Made by a program: the position numbers and the translations under genes. Positions 16,642 through 25,089 of a stretch of 32,000 nucleotides of DNA are shown in pieces; position 1 is the stretch's first letter, and every line of letters starts with the position of its first letter. Under the pieces are notes generated by a model, which had not been told where the DNA came from, searched no databases, and saw only the letters and a program-made list of their open reading frames with translations. This stretch comes from Thermodesulfobacteriota bacterium (GTDB lineage: Bacteria; Desulfobacterota; WTBG01; JAGOGO01). The stretch spans positions 2,235,622 through 2,267,621 of the forward strand of contig CP113000.1 in assembly GCA_026625185.1 (NCBI GenBank), given 5' to 3'.

Positions 16642-18218
16642 AAATGATGCGTTTTTCTCTTGCTCTTCTTTGGATCGGGACTGTTTTATTGCTGGCGGGA
16701 ATTATTCTCTTCTTTTTGGGGGCAGATTTTTCAGGGTGGTCTCTGGTCGGAATAATCGGTGGTATTCTGAGTTTCCTGTTCTATGTTGTGATAAACTATA
16801 CTGTGGTAAAAGAATTTTCCATTGAATATTCCACCCGGCAGTGGGCGAATATGTTTGTCTTTATTGTGTGTTTGGTAGGAATCATCATTGTAATTCAGAT
16901 GGTTGCCAATAATCATAACCGCCGTTTTGATCTGACTTCCCAAAAGGAACAAACCGTCGCTCCAATAACAAAAAAACTTTTAAAGGAAATTCCTTATCCA
17001 GTGACTGTGATCGGTTTTTATAAGGAAGATGAGAGGGATGAGCTTAAAGCACTCCTCGATCTTTATGCCCTGGGAAGTAATAAGTTTAAATACGAGCTCT
17101 TTAATTTGGACCACAACCCAGGGTTGGCTAAAAAATATGGGGTGGGTTCTTACGGAAGTGCGGTAGTCGAAGTAAATAAAAAATTAAAAAACGTTATCTA
17201 CCCTTCGGAGGAAAATATTATTAATGCCATTCTAACCCTGACCAATCCCATACCAAAAGTGATCTATTTTTTGTCAGGTCACGGAGAGTATGGTTTGGAA
17301 AAGGTTGATCAGGAAGACCTCAGTTATGAACTTTTGAAGAAAGCACTCGAAACGGAAAATTATCAGATAAAAAATTTACTTTTTGTAGGTGAAAAACCTA
17401 TACCGGATGATGCGAACGTTGTGGTAATAGGAGGACCAAAAACGGAATTCTCTCGAGTTGAACTTAAACGCTTGGATGAATATTTGGAAAAGGGGGGGGG
17501 TGTGGTAATTGCGCTTGGTCAGGGTAAAGAAAGAGCGATGAAAGACTATTTGAGAACTTATGGAATAGTCTTAGGGGATGATATCGTGATTGATCCGGAG
17601 GATTATTTGACTGAAAAGGGTCCTCTGGTTCCCCTGATTCCTTTTTATTTTACCCACCCGATTACGGAAAAATTTACCATTCCTACGGTTTTTCCTTTAG
17701 TCCGTTCAGTTACCAAGGGTCCTACCTTAGAAAAGAATGTCATGTTAAGCCCACTTGCCCGAAGCGGTGAGCACAGCTGGGCGGAAACTGATGTGGAAAA
17801 GGCTTTGGAAGGAAAGTATGAGTATGATCCCAAACAGGACCAAGAAGGTCCGGTCACTGTAGCAATAGTGGCGGAAATCAAAAAAGAGAAATCACCTCAA
17901 GAAAACACAAAAAATGAGGAAACAAAAAAACTCAAAAATGGGAAAATAGTTGTTTTCGGAGACGCAGATTTTTTACTCAATCAATATTTTGAGCTTCTCG
18001 GCAATAAAGATCTGTTTTTGAATACCATCCACTGGATGACCGAGGACGAATCGCTCATCACCATCCGGAAAAAGAAACCTTCTCAGGAGGATCTTAATCC
18101 GGTTTTCCTTTCTCAAATTCAGTCGCGGATGATTTTTATTGGCGTGGTTATTCTCCAGCCCCTTATAATTTTGGCAATTGGGATGGTAATAGCCTGGCGG
18201 AGGAAACAGAGAGGTTGA
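16638..18218 (+). CDS. GldG-like auxiliary component of an ABC-type uncharacterised transport system
   Basis: 526 aa. N- and C-terminal TM anchors flank a large periplasmic domain (RFDLTSQKE...YFLSGHGE...GDADFL). ATGA overlap with the permease gene. Confidence 0.82.
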   Translation: MKMMRFSLALLWIGTVLLLAGIILFFLGADFSGWSLVGIIGGILSFLFYVVINYTVVKEFSIEYSTRQWANMFVFIVCLVGIIIVIQMVANNHNRRFDLTSQKEQTVAPITKKLLKEIPYPVTVIGFYKEDERDELKALLDLYALGSNKFKYELFNLDHNPGLAKKYGVGSYGSAVVEVNKKLKNVIYPSEENIINAILTLTNPIPKVIYFLSGHGEYGLEKVDQEDLSYELLKKALETENYQIKNLLFVGEKPIPDDANVVVIGGPKTEFSRVELKRLDEYLEKGGGVVIALGQGKERAMKDYLRTYGIVLGDDIVIDPEDYLTEKGPLVPLIPFYFTHPITEKFTIPTVFPLVRSVTKGPTLEKNVMLSPLARSGEHSWAETDVEKALEGKYEYDPKQDQEGPVTVAIVAEIKKEKSPQENTKNEETKKLKNGKIVVFGDADFLLNQYFELLGNKDLFLNTIHWMTEDESLITIRKKKPSQEDLNPVFLSQIQSRMIFIGVVILQPLIILAIGMVIAWRRKQRG

Positions 18219-18748
18219 AAGAAAAACACACTTTAATGGTCGCTTTGCTTCTTTTAGGTTTGGTTGTTTATTACTCTTTTTTTGAATATAATGCCTCTTT
18301 GAAAGAAAAAGAGATAAAACCTGGACCACTTGTCTTTGAGCTTAGACCATGGGAAGTAAAAAAGGTTGAAATCCAAAGGTTGGATGGAGCTGAGTTTATT
18401 GGGGAGCGAACTGAAGGGAGTAGGTGGATTTTACTTAAAGGAAATAGGATTGAACAATGGGAGTCAAAGGTAAATGATTTTATTTTTAATCTTCTTATGC
18501 AGGTGGAGATTGAGAAATTTAAAGTAGAAAATTCTCAGGTGAAAGATTATGGCATGGAAAACCCAGCGTATAAAATAATTTTAACCGATATTACTGATAA
18601 AACTTACCAACTCTTGGTTGGGGATTCCACTCCAGGAAGAACCAGTATTTATGTAAAATTTGTTGAATCCCCCAATGTCATAATTACTGGAGCAATTCTG
18701 AATCACCAAATGTGGAAGATTGTTCCTTTGCTTGCTCCAGCATACTAA
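18215..18748 (+). CDS. DUF4340-like periplasmic protein associated with GldG-type systems
   Basis: 177 aa. The TTG start overlaps the GldG stop, and an alternative ATG lies at 18236. It has an N-terminal anchor, then WEVKKVEI...DYGMENPAYKIILTD...LLVGD typical of DUF4340 partners. Assigned by recollection and context. Confidence 0.6.
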   Translation: MKEKHTLMVALLLLGLVVYYSFFEYNASLKEKEIKPGPLVFELRPWEVKKVEIQRLDGAEFIGERTEGSRWILLKGNRIEQWESKVNDFIFNLLMQVEIEKFKVENSQVKDYGMENPAYKIILTDITDKTYQLLVGDSTPGRTSIYVKFVESPNVIITGAILNHQMWKIVPLLAPAY

Positions 18749-18760
18749 TTCACTGGGAAT

Positions 18761-19207
18761 ATGAACATTAAAGCCCATCAAGACTTCCCGCAAAAAAAAT
18801 TCTTATCAATAAAGAGAATATTTAATAAAAGCCCCATATCAAAATTTTTAAAAGCAGAGATTGAGTTGCTTTCATCAGGGTTTGCTCGGATCCGGATCCC
18901 TTTTCGGTCAGATTTCTTACAAGGTTTTGGTGTCGTGCAAGGAGGGATTATTGCTACTGCCGGTGATATGGCTGCTGCCATTGCTCTTTTAACCCTCATT
19001 GAGTCAAACGAAACAATGGCAACAATAGATTTAAAAATTAATTTCTTAACTCCAATAAAAACTAGCGATATCTTCAGTGAAGGCAAGATTATTCATAAAG
19101 GATCGCTTATCTCTCTGGGAGAATTCGAGGTCAAGACCTCTGAGGGGATTCTGGCGGCCAAAGGGATAAGCACGCTTACTTCGAGGGTAAAACGTAAAGG
19201 AATATGA
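18761..19207 (+). CDS. PaaI-family hotdog-fold thioesterase
   Basis: 148 aa. GVVQGGIIATAGDMAAAIAL and the C-terminal G.L......V... pattern are present. Confidence 0.82.
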   Translation: MNIKAHQDFPQKKFLSIKRIFNKSPISKFLKAEIELLSSGFARIRIPFRSDFLQGFGVVQGGIIATAGDMAAAIALLTLIESNETMATIDLKINFLTPIKTSDIFSEGKIIHKGSLISLGEFEVKTSEGILAAKGISTLTSRVKRKGI

Positions 19208-19339
19208 AAATAATTTGCCAAACGACGACTTTTTGGTATAATTTTAAGAAAAAAAGATTTTCGTATTGATGAAAGGGGGTTAAAAAAACTATAATTTTGA
19301 ATGGCTTATTAACCAAATTCTTGCTAAGGAGGGTACAAG

Positions 19340-19555
19340 ATGGCTGAAAGTACTTATAAAATTATTGAAATCGTGGGATCAAGCAAGACTTCTTGGGAAG
19401 ATGCTGCCAAAAATGCAGTAGAATCTGCCGGAAAATCTGTTAAAGATCTGAGAATTGCTGAAGTGATAAAACTTGACATGACCATCGAGGACGCTAAGGT
19501 CGCGAGCTTCAGAACAAGGCTCACCCTTTCGTTCAAGTATCACCCTGAAGACTAA
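19340..19555 (+). CDS. dodecin-family flavin-binding protein
   Basis: 71 aa, RBS AAGGAGGG. YKIIEIVGSSKTSWEDAAKNAVESAGKSVKDLRIAEV...F is near-consensus dodecin. Confidence 0.88.
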   Translation: MAESTYKIIEIVGSSKTSWEDAAKNAVESAGKSVKDLRIAEVIKLDMTIEDAKVASFRTRLTLSFKYHPED

Positions 19556-19656
19556 ATGGGTTTTTTTCTCCCGGGGCGCAGAAATATTTTGCCCCGTTCA
19601 AGTGGACAAATTTTTTCTTAACTGACTTGAGATAATTATCAACCATGTCGATTGAA

Positions 19657-19688
19657 GGGGTTAAAGGGTTTCTCTTTAACCCCTTTTT
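19657..19688 (+). terminator. rho-independent terminator downstream of the dodecin gene
   Basis: Perfect 10-bp stem GGGGTTAAAG (19657-19666) / CTTTAACCCC (19674-19683), 7-nt loop, followed by TTTTT (19684-19688). Confidence 0.7.
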
Positions 19689-19898
19689 ACCCCCTTCACC
19701 GAACATAAGTTGCCAGAGAAAAATTATTGAGAACCTTTAGCAGGCGGTTGGAAAACTACTCTTTTGTCGCCCTGAACTTGGTTTAGGGTCTCATAATACC
19801 TTGTTTTATTAGATGCTGAAACAAGTTCAGCATGACTTTTTACATATTTTATGAGTTTTTCAACAGCTTGTTAGAACAATTATCGAATTGAGTGCTCA

Positions 19899-20240
19899 AT
19901 GCATGAACTTGGGATAATGCAAAACATTGTTGATACTGTTCAGGATTATGCCCGAAAAAATAACGTTAGTAAGGTCGTAAAGGTGATGTTAGAAGTGGGG
20001 CAGGTGAGCGGGGTAGTGCCTGAGTCTCTGGAATTCTGTTTTGAAGTTTGCACAAAGCAGACAATGCTTGAGGGTGCTCTATTGGAAATCGAAAGAATCG
20101 TTGCTGTGGGCAAATGTAAAACCTGTGAAGAAGGTTTTGATCTTTTAACTCATAGCTTTTCTTGCCCAAGGTGTGGAGGTACAGATTGGGAGATGATTTC
20201 CGGGAGGGAACTTATCATCAAAGAGCTGGAGGTGATTTAA
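19899..20240 (+). CDS. hypA: hydrogenase nickel-insertion protein HypA
   Basis: 113 aa. It has the MHELGI N-terminus and the zinc site CKTCEE...CPRCGG. Confidence 0.93.
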   Translation: MHELGIMQNIVDTVQDYARKNNVSKVVKVMLEVGQVSGVVPESLEFCFEVCTKQTMLEGALLEIERIVAVGKCKTCEEGFDLLTHSFSCPRCGGTDWEMISGRELIIKELEVI

Positions 20241-20987
20241 ATGTGTGAGACCTGCGGTTGTGGGCTGACCAATCCTAATGTTTTACTTCACGAGCATGAG
20301 ATTGAAACAAAACGGGTTGACCTTGAAGAAAAAGTCTTACGTCACAACGACCGGCTGGCAGAAAGAAATCGAGGTATATTTGAAGCCACTCAGATTTTGG
20401 TAGTAAATTTGGTTAGCTCGCCTGGGGCGGGAAAAACAACTTTACTGGAGAATACGATTCGAGCACTTAAGGGGGAAATGGCTATTGGGGTTATTGAAGG
20501 TGATCAACAGACTGATCGAGATGCAAAAAGGATCGAGGCAACCGGTGTGGACGTGCTTCAAATTAATACCATTGACGCCTGCCATTTGGATGCCCACATG
20601 ATAAGGCATGCTTTAGATCACTTTTCATTACTGGAGTTAGACCTTTTATTCATCGAGAATGTTGGTAATCTTATTTGCCCCGGCGCTTTTGACCTGGGAG
20701 AAGATTTTCGGGTGGTGGTTCTCAGTATCCCAGAGGGAGAAGATAAACCCTTAAAGTATCCAGGGGTTTTTATTGGCTCGCACCTTGTGCTTGTAAGTAA
20801 AGTAGACCTTTTGCGGGTTCTTGAATTAGAGGTGAATCAATTTTTCACAAACGTAAAAAAAGTGCATCCTCATGTTCCTTGTCTATCTCTTTCAGCCAAG
20901 ACCGGAGAAGGAATGGAAGGATGGTATTCCTGGCTCAGAGACAAGGTAAAAGCAAAGAAAAAAAATTTAAATCAACCACCGAAGTAA
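20241..20987 (+). CDS. hypB: hydrogenase nickel-incorporation GTPase HypB
   Basis: 248 aa. It has the N-terminal CxxCGC nickel site (MCETCGCG), P-loop SSPGAGKTTLL, ENVGNLICP and SKVDL. It starts immediately after the hypA stop. Confidence 0.93.
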   Translation: MCETCGCGLTNPNVLLHEHEIETKRVDLEEKVLRHNDRLAERNRGIFEATQILVVNLVSSPGAGKTTLLENTIRALKGEMAIGVIEGDQQTDRDAKRIEATGVDVLQINTIDACHLDAHMIRHALDHFSLLELDLLFIENVGNLICPGAFDLGEDFRVVVLSIPEGEDKPLKYPGVFIGSHLVLVSKVDLLRVLELEVNQFFTNVKKVHPHVPCLSLSAKTGEGMEGWYSWLRDKVKAKKKNLNQPPK

Positions 20988-21434
20988 GAGGGTTTCATCT
21001 TAGCAGCAACAAAAAAAGTATAATGATAACATTTCAGAAGTTATCAAGTATGCTCAAAGACTGATCAGGAAATTTGAAAGATTGCAAAAGTCAGAGGACT
21101 AAAATCAGGCTAAAATAAGGGGGTAAAACAGGTGGAAAGACCCGGGGTATACTTGGATATGGGGCAGGGAGACATAAGGGGTTTTAGCCCCTCAAGACTA
21201 TGGGAAACTCGCGTCTAAAACGGCTCTTTTTTAAGAGGTCACGGAAGGGGGTTTTAAGGGATAACGGTAAAAAGAAAAAAGAAATAAAAAAACCGGTTGA
21301 GAGCCGGGTAAAGGAAATGGGGAACACGATGTTCACCAGGAGCGTTAACGCTCCGGTGGAACATCTGCTTGGACTAATTTCTTTTTTGCATGCCTTTTCT
21401 CCACGTGTGTGTAACCTTTACTTACCCACGATAG

Positions 21435-22583
21435 TCATCGCTCTTTGTCGGTTTGAATCCAGTTTCCAGTCACCGGGTCAAGTAGTCTTACTGACTCCGA
21501 TATTCCAAAAGTTCCAACAACGGCAAGCTTCGTTCCATCTGGGCTGAAACTGAGCGAGTAACATTGACAAGGGACTGTCTTCGTTGCGTTGGTTATCATG
21601 TCAAGCAGCACAATTTCATAGTCGCCATGCCAACTCCGATTGAATCTGATCAAGGCGAGGATCTTCCCACCAGGCGAGAAGATTGCCGGCAAACGCTGTG
21701 ATATTGCCTGAGCTACGTTACCGGGTGCTGAGAAAGGAGGAAAGCCAAGCGGCCCCCCTCCAAGCTGCATGCTGCGAGCACTCAGAAGGAGGGAGGCCAA
21801 AACAGCAAATGTCTGCACGGATGACCGCGATGCCTCTGGCAAAGTCACCGATGCTGCGTCCCCGTTCCCCCACTGCCATATCTTGAGGCTCCCCGAATAA
21901 GTGGCCAGCCTTACTCCATCTGGCGAAAACGACACTGAATGAACAGGGTATTCATATCCATCAAATACTCTGATCTGCTGCAAGGCATCGACACTCCAGA
22001 TTCTTGCGGTTTTATCGGCACCTCCAGTGGCAAGCATTTTGCCGTCGGGTGAGAAGGCAATAGAGAGAACGGGAGCGGAGTGTCCATTCAACTGACCGAC
22101 TTGGTTACCTTCCGGTATCTTCCAAAGTGTCACGCTATTTCCCGGAGCGGATACTGCAAGTACATTTTGGGTCGGTGAAAAGGATACTGCGACTGCACCT
22201 TTCAGACCGGTCAGCCGAATCTTTGTTTGATCACTGCTCAAGTCCCAGACAACAACTATATCGTCAACTCCGGCTGCTGCAAGAAACCTACTATCGCTGG
22301 AGAAAGAGAGGGATCGCGCGATGACATCATTCGGTTTGTCCGCCTCGCCCATCAGGGCCTTTTGGAAGCGAGCCGTGGAGGCGTCATAAAGAAGAACAAC
22401 ATTGAAAATATTGCGACCTGCCGCGATCACCTTCCCATCCGGTGAGAAAGCGGAGGTGTTTAGGACGGCCATTGTCGGGCTCATCTTAACCTGTTGGGCC
22501 GAACAGGCCGCAAGCAAAAGAAATAGCGGTATCAGTGCGACAGTGAACAGCAGAAACAAGGATTTTCCATGTTTCTCTTTCAT
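21435..22583 (-). CDS. WD40-repeat beta-propeller lipoprotein, function unknown
   Basis: I place the start at ATG 22581-22583 (MKEKHGKSLFLLF...LLLAACSAQQ, a lipobox), preceded by GGGAGGTG. The track's longer start at 22658 lacks an RBS. Multiple WD repeats are present, e.g. GHSAPVLSIAFSPDGKMLATGGADKTARIWSV. Confidence 0.85.
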   Translation of the reverse strand: MKEKHGKSLFLLFTVALIPLFLLLAACSAQQVKMSPTMAVLNTSAFSPDGKVIAAGRNIFNVVLLYDASTARFQKALMGEADKPNDVIARSLSFSSDSRFLAAAGVDDIVVVWDLSSDQTKIRLTGLKGAVAVSFSPTQNVLAVSAPGNSVTLWKIPEGNQVGQLNGHSAPVLSIAFSPDGKMLATGGADKTARIWSVDALQQIRVFDGYEYPVHSVSFSPDGVRLATYSGSLKIWQWGNGDAASVTLPEASRSSVQTFAVLASLLLSARSMQLGGGPLGFPPFSAPGNVAQAISQRLPAIFSPGGKILALIRFNRSWHGDYEIVLLDMITNATKTVPCQCYSLSFSPDGTKLAVVGTFGISESVRLLDPVTGNWIQTDKER

Positions 22584-22734
22584 GAGTTCACCTCCCTTGC
22601 TATGTCCAACAAAGATTATACGTATCTTGTATAAAACCCCTTTTTTTAACCGGGACAATTTTTACTTCCTTTCGTCCGGAGTGAAGTTCCAATGAACTCA
22701 CTTGTTTCTAAACGAACCCTTTTTTATTCCCCAT

Positions 22735-24147
22735 TTACTGGGACTTCTTCTTCACCACATCATCAAAAAATCTTTGCATTGAAGCTTGAATTGCTTTTGA
22801 TATTTCCTCTGTCAATAATTTCCGTCCTTCAGCGCCACCATAAGCCTCCATCTTCCGGCACTCGGTACCTTCCCCCTTCACCTCAGTCACCTCAGTCTCA
22901 TAAAATAATGTTTTTTTTCTTCTAAGAGCTGCGTTGGAATATTGTGATACCAAATCATAGAGCAAGGTTTTGGACGCTGTTTCCCAAAGACGAGTGCGCA
23001 AGGTTACCGCAACGCAAAAAGAACCACGGTTCACACATTCACTCAGTTCTATCTTCAGGATTTCCGTCTGGAAGATGCTTTTAAGTCCCTGTTGCTTTGC
23101 CTGGGCAAAAGGGTCATCCGCCTGGTTTAGGTTAATTGGCCTGGATGCACCATATTGGGAAATCATGGTTTCAAAGGCAGAGCCGAGCAAAGTGGCAGGG
23201 TCGTTTTCATGCAGTTCCTGCTGGAGACCTTGGGTAGTGTGCTGCCATTTGTGCTCTGCTACCTCTCCGGCAATTGTTCCGCCGGTGATTCCTGCAGGTA
23301 AATAATACAGGTAAAGTAATACAAGTAACGGAGCTGCTCCCTCACCTGCTCCCTTAAGGCATTCACCTAGGAACGGATGGTCATCTAAGAATTGAGGAGA
23401 AGAATTAGCCCCAGAACTCAACCAGTCTCCTATTCCCGTGGCGCGGGAGATAGCTCTCTTATTCCAATCCGGGGAAATCAGGCTTTTGGCGCTGGTGGTC
23501 ATGAATCCCATGGGAACAAGTTCATCTATAGTCCGGGTGGTCTTTGGTATGCCGAGTGGTTTCAGGATAGCTGACGACATGGGGGCGAACCGGCTGAATG
23601 AAGCCTGGGCAATAACTATGGCTGATTCAGTCTGGTCAATGACCCGCACTTTAGACCAAACACTAATTATCCTGCTAAAACAAGAATCCCCGCTTGTTTC
23701 GCATGCAGTAGTTAGGGTTCCGATATAGATAATCTGATTACCCTTAGAAACATGAAACCAAAAGAAGTTGGGAGAAAAATACTCCGGCCAGGTGTTAGGC
23801 GTTGGGCTGACGCTAAGATAATAGGTGCCCGGCTCAAGCATAAAATACACCCACCCATCTTTTTGCGCTTCAGAGGAGGGAGAATCGTAAAGAAAAATAT
23901 CCTTTGGAGATTGGCGGGTGTCAATGCTTGCTATTCTTGATTTAAATCTTTCCGGTCCCTCAGTTCTTTGAGAACCACTTTGGGAACGAATTTCAGCTGA
24001 AAGCCGGAGCAAAACGATGGATCTTTCTCCTCCGGCAATCGCCTCCACATCGCTTTTACTCGGGTTCCTTACCGTGGTTGCACAACCAAGAAGCAGTATT
24101 GAAACGGCAATAAAAATGATAAAAGGAGTTGTTCTAGGACCTGACAT
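22735..24147 (-). CDS. 470-aa lipoprotein of unknown function with an internal hydrophobic segment
   Basis: ATG at 24145-24147 is preceded by AAGGAG (the track's TTG start at 24171 is less likely). The signal plus lipobox is FIIFIAVSILLLGCATT. I recognised no characterised family. The coding quality looks good (no low-complexity sequence, consistent codon usage). Confidence 0.75.
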   Translation of the reverse strand: MSGPRTTPFIIFIAVSILLLGCATTVRNPSKSDVEAIAGGERSIVLLRLSAEIRSQSGSQRTEGPERFKSRIASIDTRQSPKDIFLYDSPSSEAQKDGWVYFMLEPGTYYLSVSPTPNTWPEYFSPNFFWFHVSKGNQIIYIGTLTTACETSGDSCFSRIISVWSKVRVIDQTESAIVIAQASFSRFAPMSSAILKPLGIPKTTRTIDELVPMGFMTTSAKSLISPDWNKRAISRATGIGDWLSSGANSSPQFLDDHPFLGECLKGAGEGAAPLLVLLYLYYLPAGITGGTIAGEVAEHKWQHTTQGLQQELHENDPATLLGSAFETMISQYGASRPINLNQADDPFAQAKQQGLKSIFQTEILKIELSECVNRGSFCVAVTLRTRLWETASKTLLYDLVSQYSNAALRRKKTLFYETEVTEVKGEGTECRKMEAYGGAEGRKLLTEEISKAIQASMQRFFDDVVKKKSQ

Positions 24148-24176
24148 TTTTTTATCTCCTTTTCTCTGCAAACTTT

Positions 24177-24782
24177 TTATTCTTTCAAATTTTCCTCGAT
24201 AATCACGGGTGGGGACTGTGATGATGGTATTCTTTTACCAAACCAGCTTGGAAGAGACGCTTTATCGGGATTTCTGACCCATTCTCTAAGAAAATTTTCT
24301 AACGATTCTGGGGTATTGAGCCCGTGAAGCCACATCTTCTCGAAACGCCGAACCCGGTCTTGTTCATCGAATAGGATGAGGAACCCGTAGTCTTTGGTTA
24401 GTTCCTTGATGCCTTCGGTGTTCCCACTACTTCCTACAGGAACGGGAGAAATAGGCACCAAAATCCAGGGGAGATAGCCCCAGCGTACTGTCCATTGGTA
24501 AACGAACAACCGGTCGTATCGCACGAATGGTTCACCGAGTCGGTCAATGACCTCCTTCTTCGTTGTGACATTCGGAGTTAACAATGCCATTTCCTCTTGG
24601 TTCACTTGTTTCCCCCGGATAACCTTCTGCCCTGTCGGAATCGGCAGCGCCAAGGGAATGCAACTATTGAGCAAGACCATCGCACACAGCAACAAGGGGG
24701 TGAACGTTCGGGTGTCCACCGCCAAAGCCCGACTAGCTCTAAGCAGCGAAATGACCAATGGAATTGCTTTTAATTTTGACAT
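24177..24782 (-). CDS. 201-aa secreted/lipoprotein-like protein with a possible SmpA/OmlA (BamE)-like core
   Basis: ATG start with a GAGGAAA RBS. It has a hydrophobic N-terminus with a possible lipobox (LLNSC). TKKEVIDRLGEPFVRYDRLFVYQW resembles the BamE-fold motif. Its stop lies 29 nt before the next gene's start. Confidence 0.65.
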   Translation of the reverse strand: MSKLKAIPLVISLLRASRALAVDTRTFTPLLLCAMVLLNSCIPLALPIPTGQKVIRGKQVNQEEMALLTPNVTTKKEVIDRLGEPFVRYDRLFVYQWTVRWGYLPWILVPISPVPVGSSGNTEGIKELTKDYGFLILFDEQDRVRRFEKMWLHGLNTPESLENFLREWVRNPDKASLPSWFGKRIPSSQSPPVIIEENLKE

Positions 24783-25089
24783 GTTATTTTCCTCAATCTT
24801 ATAATTTTACAACCAATTCTTTAGAATCGCAATTGGCGTGCCAGCTCAGTTAAATTTTTTTAACTATTTGATTACGCTAGCCTTTAGCGGTTCAAGTCGT
24901 ATCAATGGTAGTGGGAAAAGAGGGTTACTATTCAAACCATGTATGGACACTATACATTAAATGTATAGGGATAGGAGGTTGATGAAGAAGGGGCCACAAC
25001 GCAATGACCATCATCTCTGAGGAAATAAAAAAAAGAGGAAGAAATAAAAACCCCGCTCGATCTACGAAAAAAGGCGGGGACATCACAAC

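Noticed and set aside
19556-19600. CGGGGC...GCCCCG hairpin right after the dodecin stop, considered as its terminator.
   Set aside because: It has only a 6-bp stem with a 13-nt loop and no T-tract. The much better terminator at 19657-19688 explains termination.
21000-21435. The possibility that the 450-bp gap encodes a known structured RNA (6S, SRP, tmRNA, RNase P).
   Set aside because: I could not recognise any of the conserved boxes of these RNAs. Only generic hairpins are present. An Infernal/Rfam scan would be needed to be sure.
21200-21547. 115-aa plus-strand ORF after hypB.
   Set aside because: Its N-terminus is Lys/Arg low-complexity sequence, it has no RBS, and its 3' third overlaps the WD40 gene end on the opposite strand.
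22584-22658. The longer WD40 start (MSRLKKGVLYKIRIIFVGHSKGGEL...).
   Set aside because: There is no RBS, whereas the internal ATG at 22583 has GGGAGGTG upstream and begins a textbook lipoprotein signal peptide.
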